Assembly (NCBI GenBank): GCA_049687935.1
Contig: JBAVJU010000199.1
Location: 7,727 to 71,726, forward strand
DNA: 64,000 nt
Source: Desulfobacterales bacterium
GTDB lineage: Bacteria > Desulfobacterota > Desulfobacteria > Desulfobacterales > SG8-13
Reading direction: 5' to 3'
In this document: piece after piece, positions 20,601 to 29,305 of the stretch
Position numbering within the stretch: position 1 is the stretch's first letter
Layout of the letters: the number at the start of each line of letters is the position of its first letter
The notes under the pieces: model-generated
Database searches by the model: none
What the model saw: the letters and a program-made list of their open reading frames with translations, nothing else
What the model was told of the DNA's origin: nothing
Translations under genes and position numbers: made by a program

Positions 20601-20831
20601 TCAGGATTGCGCCTTGACGAAGTTGATGGCATCCTGAACGGTCTGGATTTTTTCGGCATCTTCATCGGAAATGTCGGTGTCGAATTCTTCTTCCATCGAC
20701 ATGATCAATTCGACCAGGTCGAGAGAATCGGCGCCCAGATCGTCAACGAACGAGGCTTCCGGTACGACTTCCGACAGATCCACACCCAGTTTTTCGGCAA
20801 TGATTTTTTTGACTTTATCTTCGACAGACAT
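20601..20831 (-). CDS. acpP: Acyl carrier protein
   Basis: [14 protein letters not shown] phosphopantetheine attachment site. Confidence 0.95.
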   Translation of the reverse strand: MSVEDKVKKIIAEKLGVDLSEVVPEASFVDDLGADSLDLVELIMSMEEEFDTDISDEDAEKIQTVQDAINFVKAQS

Positions 20832-20846
20832 TCGGCTTTCCTCCTT

Positions 20847-21611
20847 TTAAATGTACATTCCACCGCTGACGTGCAGCACCTGTCCGGTGATGTAAGCGGC
20901 CGCCTCCGAAACCAGAAAAGCGACGGCGGTAGCCACATCTTCGGGCTTCCCAGGCCTTCCGAGCGGTACTTGTGACAACATGGCCTCTTTGACACTCTCC
21001 GGTAATGAGGCCGTCATATCGGTTTCAATGTATCCAGGGGCAATCGCGTTGACCGTGATGCCGCGGGGTGCCAATTCCTTTGCGGCGGTTTTGGTCAAGC
21101 CGATTAACCCGGCCTTCGAGGCGACATAGTTGGCCTGTCCGGCATTACCGATCACTCCGACGATCGAGGCCATGTTGACGATACGGCCTGAACGCTGTTT
21201 CATCATGGTGCGAGCGGCTATCTGTGTGCAGCGAAAAGCGGCTTTGAGGTTGATGTCGAGCACGAGATCCCAGTCCGGTTCTTTCATCCGCACCAACAAA
21301 GCGTCTTTGGTGATACCGGCTTTGTTGATCAGGACATCGATACGACCGCTGACCTTGAGCACCTCCTCGAAAAACCCTTGGATCTCCTCGGCGGATGCCA
21401 CGTCTACACTCATCCCGGACGCCTCGCCGCCGGCATCGGCAACGGCCTTGATCGTCTCGGCCGCGGCCGCCGCCTCACCCTCAGGATCGACGGGTGAAAA
21501 ATAGTTGAAGAAGACCCGGGTTTTCGGACCTGCCAACGCGATACAGATGGCCCGGCCGATGCCTCTTGAGCCACCGGTGACGACCACCGTGCTTTTTTCC
21601 TGGTCCGGCAT
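20847..21611 (-). CDS. fabG: 3-oxoacyl-ACP reductase
   Basis: SDR motifs TGGSRGIG and YVASKAG, positioned next to acpP. Confidence 0.9.
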   Translation of the reverse strand: MPDQEKSTVVVTGGSRGIGRAICIALAGPKTRVFFNYFSPVDPEGEAAAAAETIKAVADAGGEASGMSVDVASAEEIQGFFEEVLKVSGRIDVLINKAGITKDALLVRMKEPDWDLVLDINLKAAFRCTQIAARTMMKQRSGRIVNMASIVGVIGNAGQANYVASKAGLIGLTKTAAKELAPRGITVNAIAPGYIETDMTASLPESVKEAMLSQVPLGRPGKPEDVATAVAFLVSEAAAYITGQVLHVSGGMYI

Positions 21612-21613
21612 AG

Positions 21614-23281
21614 TTACCTCTCGAATATGATGTCGGCCAAACGGTCCATCGCCGGAACGAGGTTGCGGCAGCTTTCCGCTATTTCAGTCAGATCGACCGA
21701 CGATCTGAAATCGTTGATGGCACCCTCATCGAATACACCGGTTCCCATGAGGATGGTCATGATGGTGCCGTGAACCGTCCGGGCCGCATCATGGGCAAAT
21801 ATGCGCGACATCAGGCGCAATTTTTCGGCCGCGGCGTCGCCGGCTCGATCGGCAGCTGCGGCCTTGCGGGCCAGGGCGGCCCCGACCTCGACGTGCACCA
21901 TCGAGTCGGCCAATCCGAACATGATGTGCTGCATCCGGTTCAACCGGTTGCGGTGAACCAGCAGTATCGCTTCGTTGAGGGCATTGGCAGCGGCCGCATA
22001 ATAGCGGCAGCCGGCGTCTCCAAAGCTCTCCTCCCGCGCCTCCATTTCCCGGGCAATGGCACCGTAAAATTCACCTTTCGACTTGATGGTGGTTCTCCAG
22101 CGGAAGGTGCTGATGATATTCTGTTGCACCTCACTGGCCCCTTCATAGATGCAGGTGATTTTAACGTCGCGCTTGATCTTTTCCACTTCGAATTCGCTGG
22201 TGTATCCGTATCCACCGAGCGCTTGCATGGCATCTTCGGCCGCCCGGTTGCCGGTTTCGGTGGCAAAATACTTGGCAATCGAGCCTTCCACCTGCAGGTC
22301 CTGCTCTCGAGCATCCAGTCGATCGGCGATCTCTTCGATGTAGGCGGCGGCGGCTTCGAGCCGGATGGCATGGGGCACGATCAATTTGTGGGTGTAGCCC
22401 TGTTTTTCGGACAGCAGCGACCCGCTGACAAATCGCTCCTTGGCGTAGGGAATGGCGATAGCCAGAGCCGCCTGGCCGGCGCCCAGGCCCATGGCCGCCA
22501 CCATCAGGCGCGTGTAGCCGAAGACCTGGTTGGCCTGTTTGAAGCCTTTGCCCGGTATACCGCCAATCAGGTTTTCGATCGGAACAAAGACATCCGTAAA
22601 AGAGAGCTGAGAGGTTTGGGAAGCTCGGATGCCGTGTTTTTCTTCGCTGCGGCCCGGTACGTATCCCTCGGCTCCCTTTTCGATCACAAAAAAGGAAGGG
22701 CCTTCCGGGGTTTTGGCCAGCAATGTGATAAAATCGGCTGCGGCGCCGGTGGAGATGAACTGTTTGGTGCCGGTGATCTTGTAGCCGATGACCTTTCCGG
22801 CATCGTTGACGACCGGTGCGGCCTTGGTCTTGATGTTGGCGACATCGCTGCCGGCGCCCGGTTCGGTCACGGCGTAGGCCACCAACGCTTTTCCTTCGGC
22901 AATGGCGCCGAGCCATTTTTTCTTTTGTTCAACGGTCCCGCCGACCATCAGGGGGTCGGCGCCCAATTGGATCGCAAAAAAGGCTGTGGTGATTCCGAGG
23001 CAAATTTTGGACATCTCGCGGGTGAGGATGTAACTGTCCTTTGCACCACCGCCCATGCCGCCGTATTTTTCCGGAATCATCAGCAATTGAAGACCGATCT
23101 CAGGGCCCAGCATTTCCCGGATTGTCTCTTCCGGAAAAATCTCCTTCTTGTCCCATTCGAGAACCTTGCCCTTGGCGAGCAGTCGCTTACTCAGTAGAGC
23201 GACCGTGTCCAGCACCATTTGGCGCATTTCGGAATCGAGGCCATAGCGTGCCTTCTCCGAAGCGGTAGCGGATTCCGACAT
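21614..23281 (-). CDS. Acyl-CoA dehydrogenase family protein with ~150-aa C-terminal extension
   Basis: ACAD N-terminal, middle and C-terminal signatures are present (AYAVTEPGAGSDV, IYEGASEVQ). The gene lies 23 nt after rpmF, and only 2 nt separate its stop from the fabG start. Confidence 0.85.
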   Translation of the reverse strand: MSESATASEKARYGLDSEMRQMVLDTVALLSKRLLAKGKVLEWDKKEIFPEETIREMLGPEIGLQLLMIPEKYGGMGGGAKDSYILTREMSKICLGITTAFFAIQLGADPLMVGGTVEQKKKWLGAIAEGKALVAYAVTEPGAGSDVANIKTKAAPVVNDAGKVIGYKITGTKQFISTGAAADFITLLAKTPEGPSFFVIEKGAEGYVPGRSEEKHGIRASQTSQLSFTDVFVPIENLIGGIPGKGFKQANQVFGYTRLMVAAMGLGAGQAALAIAIPYAKERFVSGSLLSEKQGYTHKLIVPHAIRLEAAAAYIEEIADRLDAREQDLQVEGSIAKYFATETGNRAAEDAMQALGGYGYTSEFEVEKIKRDVKITCIYEGASEVQQNIISTFRWRTTIKSKGEFYGAIAREMEAREESFGDAGCRYYAAAANALNEAILLVHRNRLNRMQHIMFGLADSMVHVEVGAALARKAAAADRAGDAAAEKLRLMSRIFAHDAARTVHGTIMTILMGTGVFDEGAINDFRSSVDLTEIAESCRNLVPAMDRLADIIFER

Positions 23282-23304
23282 GATGGTGTCCTTTGGCAGT
23301 TTGA

Positions 23305-23484
23305 TTATTCTTCGGTTTCGACGACGGTACGGCCCTTGTAAGCACCGCAGCTCGGGCAGACATGGTGAGGCAGAACGGCTTCACCGCATTCAGGACAGGT
23401 GGACACATTCGGTGCATCCGCTTTTTTATGTGTCCGGCGCTTGTCGCGCCTTGACTTAGAAACTTTTCGCTTTGGGAGGGCCAT
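23305..23484 (-). CDS. rpmF: 50S ribosomal protein L32
   Basis: My own translation gives [59 protein letters not shown], with a GGAG RBS. It is absent from the ORF track because it is under 60 aa. Confidence 0.9.
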   Translation of the reverse strand: MALPKRKVSKSRRDKRRTHKKADAPNVSTCPECGEAVLPHHVCPSCGAYKGRTVVETEE

Positions 23485-23901
23485 GAGTAATCTCCTAATA
23501 TATTGAAAATATTAAAATAATGGTTTGCTTCGCTTATAGTAAAAAAGGATTTGTTTAAGTAATTCAAAACAAACGGGTTGTCAAGGATTTTATTGCCCCT
23601 TTTGTTTTCTTGTGATCACCTGATCGATATGCTAAAAGGCTGACGCATTGCAGACAAGATTGAAAACAAGCAAAAAAGCCTAAAATTACTTATTTATTTG
23701 GTTCTGCAGGGGCAAACCGGCGACTGTTCGATCTCAACGGTAGGGTCGAAAGTCGCAGTGAATCCGGATTGAAGCCGACCAGCATGGACAGATGTGCTAA
23801 TGACTCACCAAGGTTGGATGCATCATAGCAAAACGATTTTTTTTTATCAATACAATACAGCTTCTTATAACTAAATTATCTGCCAAAACGGAAAGAAAAG
23901 A

Positions 23902-25329
23902 ATGAAACCTCAACCCAAAAACCAGATCGTCACCCGCTTTCCTCCCAGTCCGACCGGCTATCTTCACGTCGGCGGTGCCCGCACGGCACTGTTCAACTGG
24001 CTCTACGCCCGTCAAACCGGGGGACGATTCGTGCTGCGGATTGAGGATACGGATACCAAGCGGTCGACCCAGGCCAGCACGGATGCCATCTTCGAGGCTC
24101 TTGATTGGCTGGCCCTCGATTGGGACGACGGACCCTACTATCAGTCGCAGCGCTTCGATATCTACCGGGAATTTATTGAGCGGCTCGTCGACTCCGGCCA
24201 CGCCTATTACTGCACCTGCTCGGCCGAACGGCTCGAGGCCATGCGCCGTGACGCCATGGCGGTCGGCGGCAAACCAAAATACGACGGTTCCTGCCGGGAC
24301 AAAGGCCTTAAAAAGACTGCCGACGCCGTGGTGCGCTTCAGGGCGCCGCTGGTCGGTATGACGGTGGTGGCGGATGTTGTCAAGGGAAACATCGTTTTCC
24401 AGAACGCCGAACTGGACGATTTTATCATCGCCCGCAGCGACGGCACCCCCACTTACAATTTCGTGGTCGTGGTGGACGACATCACGATGGGCATCAACAC
24501 GATCATCCGCGGGGACGATCACGTCATGAACACCCCCAAGCAGATCCTGCTGTACCGGGCCCTGGACAGCTCTCTGCCGGTATTCGCCCACGTTCCCATG
24601 GTCCTGGGACCGGACCGCACCCGCCTGAGCAAGCGTCACGGGGCCATGTCGGTCACCGCCTACCGCGACATGGGCTACCTGCCGGACGCCTTTATCAATT
24701 ACCTCGCGCGGCTGGGGTGGTCTTACGGCGACCAGGAATTTTTCTCCCGGACAGAACTGATCGAAAAGTTTTCCCTCGAAAACATCGGTCGCTCGGCCGG
24801 TATTTTTGATCTGGAAAAGCTCTTGGCGCTCAATGCCGCTCACATCCAGGCCGCCCGGCCGCAGGATCTCGTGGCGCCCCTGAAACCGTTCTTCAAACCA
24901 TACGGCTTCGATATCGGGGAAGGGCCTTTTATCGAAAGTGCCATCCGCACCCTGCAGCCACGGAGCAAGACTCTCGCGGACATGGCCCGTGACGCTCTCT
25001 TCTATCTGCAGGACACGGTCGAGTTCGAAGAGGCGGCCGCGCGCAAGTTTTTGAAAGCGGAAGCCCGAGAGCCCCTGGAGCTGCTGATGGCAGAATTGAG
25101 AAAGCTGCCGGAGTTCACCGAACCCGGGCTGGAAGATGCCTTCAAAGCCGTCATGGGAAAAACCGGGCTCAAACTGGGCAAGATTGCCCAGCCCGTGCGC
25201 GTGGCTTTAACCGGCCGCACGGCCAGTCCGGGTATTTTCGAGATCACAGAGATTATCGGCAAAGACAGGGTGCTGTCGCGACTTCAGGCTGCGGTAGACT
25301 ACATAAAAGGACAGGCAAAAATAGGTTGA
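23902..25329 (+). CDS. gltX: Glutamate--tRNA ligase
   Basis: RFPPSPTGYLHVGGARTALFN (HIGH) and LSKRHG (KMSKS). Confidence 0.95.
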   Translation: MKPQPKNQIVTRFPPSPTGYLHVGGARTALFNWLYARQTGGRFVLRIEDTDTKRSTQASTDAIFEALDWLALDWDDGPYYQSQRFDIYREFIERLVDSGHAYYCTCSAERLEAMRRDAMAVGGKPKYDGSCRDKGLKKTADAVVRFRAPLVGMTVVADVVKGNIVFQNAELDDFIIARSDGTPTYNFVVVVDDITMGINTIIRGDDHVMNTPKQILLYRALDSSLPVFAHVPMVLGPDRTRLSKRHGAMSVTAYRDMGYLPDAFINYLARLGWSYGDQEFFSRTELIEKFSLENIGRSAGIFDLEKLLALNAAHIQAARPQDLVAPLKPFFKPYGFDIGEGPFIESAIRTLQPRSKTLADMARDALFYLQDTVEFEEAAARKFLKAEAREPLELLMAELRKLPEFTEPGLEDAFKAVMGKTGLKLGKIAQPVRVALTGRTASPGIFEITEIIGKDRVLSRLQAAVDYIKGQAKIG

Positions 25330-25369
25330 CTTGAAAAGTCAATTTTTGTAATAAAAATAGAAATTCTGC

Positions 25370-25443
25370 TGAGGGATCGTCTAGCGGCAGGACGACGGGT
25401 TCTGGCCCCGTTAACCTAGGTTCGAATCCTAGTCCCTCAGCCA
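25370..25443 (+). tRNA. tRNA-Gln (anticodon CTG at 25402-25404), CCA encoded
   Basis: I folded the cloverleaf by hand: TGAGGGA/TC/GTC-TAGCGGCAG-GAC/G/ACGGG-TTCTGGC-CCCGT/TAAC/CTAGG-TTCGAAT-CCTAG/TCCCTCA-G-CCA. It has U1:A72 and G73, as in E. coli tRNA-Gln. Confidence 0.9.
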
Positions 25444-25456
25444 ATCGCCATAAAAA

Positions 25457-25489
25457 GGGTTATAGGACGCTCACCTATACCCCTTTTTT
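25457..25489 (+). terminator. Rho-independent terminator after gltX-tRNA-Gln
   Basis: The stem GGGTTATAGG...CCTATACCCC has one mismatch and is followed by TTTTTT. Confidence 0.6.
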
Positions 25490-25629
25490 GTTTTAAGCTT
25501 ACGGGGGTACCAGCATGAGCCTGCCGGCTTAACCTGCCGGCGGCTTTAGCGCCTCTATCAAAATCATCAACTTGACGGAGTGCGCCAAATGTGAATTATG
25601 TGTATGGAATACACAACGGCAGGGTCACT

Positions 25630-25784
25630 ATGCGCACCAATATCGACATCGACGACGCCTTGTTGAACGAGGCTTTTTCATTCAGTAATGCCAAAACGAG
25701 GAATACGATTGTCTTCTTCTGCACCGGGACAAAGACTTTGAGCGTGTGGCCCGAATACGACCATTATTACAGGAGCGCTTTTAA
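25630..25784 (+). pseudogene. Deletion-fused vapB-vapC toxin-antitoxin remnant
   Basis: The VapB-type N-terminus MRTNIDIDDALLNEAFSFSNAKT reads in frame 1. From about 25700 a different frame reads EEYDCLLLHRDKDFERVARIRPLLQERF*, which looks like the C-terminus of a PIN-domain VapC. Confidence 0.5.
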
Positions 25785-25820
25785 TGGCGCTGATCCCCAA
25801 GTGATTATTGGAGGGCTCGC

Positions 25821-26282
25821 TTGAAACTTTTTCTGATTGCCATTTTGATCGGGATCATATTCACTTTTCCCGCTAATCCGGCCTGGTCCTGCCCGTTTGA
25901 GCTGCCGACAGTTCAAGTGTCCGTCAAGGGGCACAATCTCACCATCGAACTCGCGACGACCCCCGAAACGAGATCCTGCGGTCTTTCCCTGCGAGATAGC
26001 CTGCCGAAAAATCAGGGCATGCTGTTCGTTTATGCGGAACCCGAGGTCCTGACGTTCTGGATGAAGAACACCCGCATGCCGCTCTCCATCGCTTTCATCG
26101 ACATTGCCGGCCGCATCGTCAGCATCCAGAAAATGAATCCTTTCCCGCCCACAACTGTCTACGCATCACCCGTCCCGGCGCTCTATGCCCTGGAGGTCAA
26201 CCAGGGCTGGTTCGAAGAAAATGGCGTTGGTGTCGGAGATGCCGTCGAATTCAGCCTGCCGATTACGCTAAACATCCGATAG
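25821..26282 (+). CDS. DUF192 domain-containing secreted protein
   Basis: TTG start after GGAGGG, then a signal peptide. The DUF192-like core is ELATTPETRSCGLSLRDSLPKNQGMLFVY...FWMKNTRMPLSIAFID. Confidence 0.75.
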   Translation: MKLFLIAILIGIIFTFPANPAWSCPFELPTVQVSVKGHNLTIELATTPETRSCGLSLRDSLPKNQGMLFVYAEPEVLTFWMKNTRMPLSIAFIDIAGRIVSIQKMNPFPPTTVYASPVPALYALEVNQGWFEENGVGVGDAVEFSLPITLNIR

Positions 26283-26304
26283 CAAGTGGTCTCAATACCC
26301 CCGT

Positions 26305-26700
26305 TTAACTTCTTTTGCCCGCTTCATCGCTAATAACCGCATCGGCCTCAATTTCGACCAGCCACTTCGGTTCGATGAAGCCTGCCACTTGCACGATGGT
26401 GCTGGCGGGCCGGATTTCCTTGAAGTACACCCCCTCGTACGGGCTGCCACTGGATACAAGTTGACGCTTCATTTTTTCGCCTATTAAAAATGGGCTGCGC
26501 CCTTCATTCAGTTCCCGCCAAAAATTCGCCGACGAACGGGTGCTGCCTTCGTCAATAAAAACCGCAATTAAATTGGCATCTATATTGCATATCTTCCAAG
26601 AATTTAAAGATATTAGGTTCCCGTTTGCGGGAGAACCGGCTTGCTTTTCAGCTTGCGAAACCGAATCCTTGATGCATCCAAAATGAAATTTAAGCATCAA
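26305..26700 (-). CDS. RidA/YjgF-like protein, possibly degenerate
   Basis: Only the C-terminal third resembles the RidA family (VYFKEIRPASTIVQVAGFIEPKWLVEIEADAV). The N-terminal part overlaps a sigma54-type promoter and the start of the next gene on the opposite strand. Confidence 0.4.
   Translation of the reverse strand: MMLKFHFGCIKDSVSQAEKQAGSPANGNLISLNSWKICNIDANLIAVFIDEGSTRSSANFWRELNEGRSPFLIGEKMKRQLVSSGSPYEGVYFKEIRPASTIVQVAGFIEPKWLVEIEADAVISDEAGKRS
26574..26589 (+). promoter_or_regulatory. Sigma54-type -24/-12 promoter (TGGCAT-N5-TTGCA)
   Basis: TGGCATCTATATTGCA has exact GG-N10-GC spacing. It lies 94 nt upstream of the ATG at 26683. Confidence 0.55.
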
Positions 26701-28089
26701 AATTACTTAATCAGCATTGTTGACGACGAAGCGCTTTACTTTGTGGAAATCAATTCGCGTGGCGAAAGTAATGCCGTTGACCGTATCGCTCTCGAAAAGT
26801 TTTTTATCAATGCCCCCCCGGCAGACATTATTCCTGCGTCCATAAGAGATCGAAAGAATACACTCCTCATTGTACCGGACTATTGGCTCGGGAATTCATC
26901 CTACAAGTTTCAATCCCGCACGAAATCACTGGCGGATGCATTTGTCGCCAGAAAGTTGCACGAGCAATTTCCCGATCAACCGGAAATCAAGTATTTTTTT
27001 GACGGCACTTTTTACCAGCGAGAACAGGCCGACAAGTGGGTATACGCTTATTTTTTGCAGGATCCTCAATTTTTTAAATTATATCCTCAACTGGCTCAAA
27101 TTAATCTGCAGCCGCATCGCATCACCTGCCCCGCTTTAATCTGGCAGCAGAAAATAAGACAGGAAATCCCTGACTTTGACAACGGCGGGAAAGGGTTTGT
27201 GCAGCTACTGCCGAAGATCGGTCTTTTGTATTTCTTCTTTGAAGGGAACTTTCTCTTTTCACGCAGAATTCCTTTAGCCGGTGCGCCGTCGCAGTCTTCC
27301 GACAATTATGATGCCATTGCTTATGAGCTCAATCAGTCGCTTTATCTCTTTTCACAAAAAGCCAAGACCGAAATAGATAAATTGTACCTTGTGTCCCATG
27401 AAGAGGAAAGCGGGCATGCATTATCCGAGGTGCTCGGCCGGGAAGTCCATGATTTGAACTATATCATCAACAATTCGAATACCCTGCAAAGTTCGACCGC
27501 AGCTGCGGGAGCAATGGGGTTTCTGAGTCCAAGCGACATCTTGCCCGGCAAAAACTTTCTGTCTCTCTGTCACCGGGTGTTGAAGAAAGAGTTGGAATGG
27601 AAGCCGGTTCAATTCGGCGGGATGGCCGTCGGACTAATCCTCTTGTTTTTGCTGGGGCTTGAAGCGACGGTGCTCCACAAATGGTCGCAGCAGATTCAAC
27701 TGCCGAGGTCAAACGACAGCTTATCGGCTGAAGAAAGTCATGAAATTCAGCAATACAATGAGGCGCTCGATGCTATCCTGAGCGAATTGGGAAGACGCTC
27801 GCCTCAGGAACTTCTGCGTAAAATAGCCAAGTCATTGCCGCCGAATGTTCGCATACAGGAAATGGTTTTGGAGACGGAAGACAACCCTGGCGTTAATCTA
27901 AAGGGTGTTATTCGGGCGGATGATCCAGAACAGTTCAAAGCATGTCTTTCTACCTTGATTGCCAATGTTAACGCAAATATTCAGGGCCGCCGGGCAATGA
28001 CGGTGTCGGATATTGATTTCGAGGTGAATCAGAACCAGCCGGGCCAAGGTGTGCAGGATTATTTTATCAATTTTCGACTGGATTTATAA
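26683..28089 (+). CDS. Pilus assembly protein, PilM-PilN fusion-like (MshI/GspL-like topology)
   Basis: A cytoplasmic region of about 320 aa is followed by one TM helix (GGMAVGLILLFLLGLEATVL) and a periplasmic domain of about 130 aa. It is the first gene of a run ending in a secretin. The assignment rests on architecture and context, not on a motif match. Confidence 0.65.
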   Translation: MKFKHQNYLISIVDDEALYFVEINSRGESNAVDRIALEKFFINAPPADIIPASIRDRKNTLLIVPDYWLGNSSYKFQSRTKSLADAFVARKLHEQFPDQPEIKYFFDGTFYQREQADKWVYAYFLQDPQFFKLYPQLAQINLQPHRITCPALIWQQKIRQEIPDFDNGGKGFVQLLPKIGLLYFFFEGNFLFSRRIPLAGAPSQSSDNYDAIAYELNQSLYLFSQKAKTEIDKLYLVSHEEESGHALSEVLGREVHDLNYIINNSNTLQSSTAAAGAMGFLSPSDILPGKNFLSLCHRVLKKELEWKPVQFGGMAVGLILLFLLGLEATVLHKWSQQIQLPRSNDSLSAEESHEIQQYNEALDAILSELGRRSPQELLRKIAKSLPPNVRIQEMVLETEDNPGVNLKGVIRADDPEQFKACLSTLIANVNANIQGRRAMTVSDIDFEVNQNQPGQGVQDYFINFRLDL

Positions 28090-28610
28090 TGCGAGGTAAG
28101 TTCAAAAATCGGTGGATCATGGTCGGTCTTGTCTGGGCCTGCGTTTTCATGATTCACTTTTGGAATATCGAAAAGATTGATCAGATCCGAGAACTTCGCG
28201 TGCAGAGGGAAATTTTTCTGAGGGATCAACAGTTCTGGAACAATAACGCCCAAAATATTTCACAAATATTGCAACAGTATTCTTCTTTTACCCAGCACGT
28301 TGAATCTTTAAAATTAGGCCTTCTCCAACTGGAAAACAATTTAAAGGCCCGTGCTCTGGGTCTGGGTCTCAAAGAAGTAAAATTTATCCGTCAAACGGAA
28401 ACAGCCGCTGAGGGAACAGTGCCGGCAAAGCTGGTTTTTATCGGCACCTTCAAGGATGCCAGCCAATGGCTGGATGGGATTCAAAAAGACCTTCCCTGCG
28501 TTTGGATCCAAAACATCAAGGTATCACTGGAGCCGCTCGCGGAGCAGGCCAAGTTCCAGGTATCCATCAATTACCGCTATACCTTATCGTTCGCTGAAAG
28601 TGCCGCTTAG
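28089..28610 (+). CDS. PilO/MshJ/GspM-like pilus assembly protein
   Basis: N-terminal TM helix (WIMVGLVWACVFMIHFW), a coiled-coil segment and a small C-terminal domain. Its start codon overlaps the upstream stop (TAATG). Confidence 0.55.
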   Translation: MRGKFKNRWIMVGLVWACVFMIHFWNIEKIDQIRELRVQREIFLRDQQFWNNNAQNISQILQQYSSFTQHVESLKLGLLQLENNLKARALGLGLKEVKFIRQTETAAEGTVPAKLVFIGTFKDASQWLDGIQKDLPCVWIQNIKVSLEPLAEQAKFQVSINYRYTLSFAESAA

Positions 28611-28615
28611 TTGAA

Positions 28616-29209
28616 ATGAATATTCGGTATCGATTATTCAATATCTCCCATTTAAAGATATCAGGCAGTCGCCCAAGATTGGTATTCGGCTGTTGGTTGC
28701 TGGCAGCCTTGCTGCTGGCGGGGCATAACGGGTCGGAGTTGGCGACCCTGTTGAGCATGCCCGTTTCGGGACAGTCGGCGCAGGTTAAGCTGGCAAGTGA
28801 AAAATGGCGGCAGCTGCAAGATAAAATGTCGCAAACCGTCAAGGAAATGGCGGACAAGGTTGATCTGGATCTGGCGTTCACACAATTTTCTGCTCATTTT
28901 GAGCACCAAAAAGCGAATGATTCAGACTCGGAGGTTGCGCAAGCGCCCAGATTAGAAGCGCAAAGCATGCAGCTCCCGAAATTGTCCGGAATCCTCCATT
29001 GTTTGGATATCAACGGCAATGTAGATGCCCTGGCGGTCATTGAAGGACGAAGATTCCAGGAAAAAGACACGGTGCGCGAATTTCAAATCCAAAAGATTGA
29101 AGAGAAGGGGGTTGTTTTGACAAAAGGTGGTAAAAGATGGTTTCTCAAGACCCCCGAAGTTTCATATTCTTACAATCACGAACCCAACGCCCAAGGTAGC
29201 GGACAGTAA
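28616..29209 (+). CDS. PilP/MshK/GspC-HR-like protein
   Basis: N-terminal hydrophobic segment. The C-terminus LPKLSGILHCLDINGNVDALAVIEGRRFQEKDTVREFQIQKIEEKGVVLTKGGKRWFL resembles the PilP/GspC secretin-contact beta domain. Confidence 0.45.
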   Translation: MNIRYRLFNISHLKISGSRPRLVFGCWLLAALLLAGHNGSELATLLSMPVSGQSAQVKLASEKWRQLQDKMSQTVKEMADKVDLDLAFTQFSAHFEHQKANDSDSEVAQAPRLEAQSMQLPKLSGILHCLDINGNVDALAVIEGRRFQEKDTVREFQIQKIEEKGVVLTKGGKRWFLKTPEVSYSYNHEPNAQGSGQ

Positions 29210-29305
29210 CCCCCTATTTTGGGGTAAAAGCTAAATTCCGGTCAAAAAGATAATACCAAAAGTCGGAAGGATTGCGCAGACAATCGTAGCGGTCGTGAGG
29301 AGCCT

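Noticed and set aside
23187-23567. A 126-aa minus-strand ORF from the track spanning the rpmF region.
   Set aside because: It is in a different frame from a perfect 59-aa L32 (rpmF) reading frame that has a GGAG RBS, and it also overlaps the 5' end of the ACAD gene. It has no motifs.
23690-23900. A possible structured leader, T-box or other ncRNA upstream of gltX (GC-rich patch ...GGCAAACCGGCGACT...AGTCGCAGTGAATCCGG...).
   Set aside because: I found only short local stems. There is no T-box specifier or antiterminator signature and no match to any riboswitch core I can recognise by eye. A covariance-model scan (Rfam/Infernal) would be needed before calling anything.
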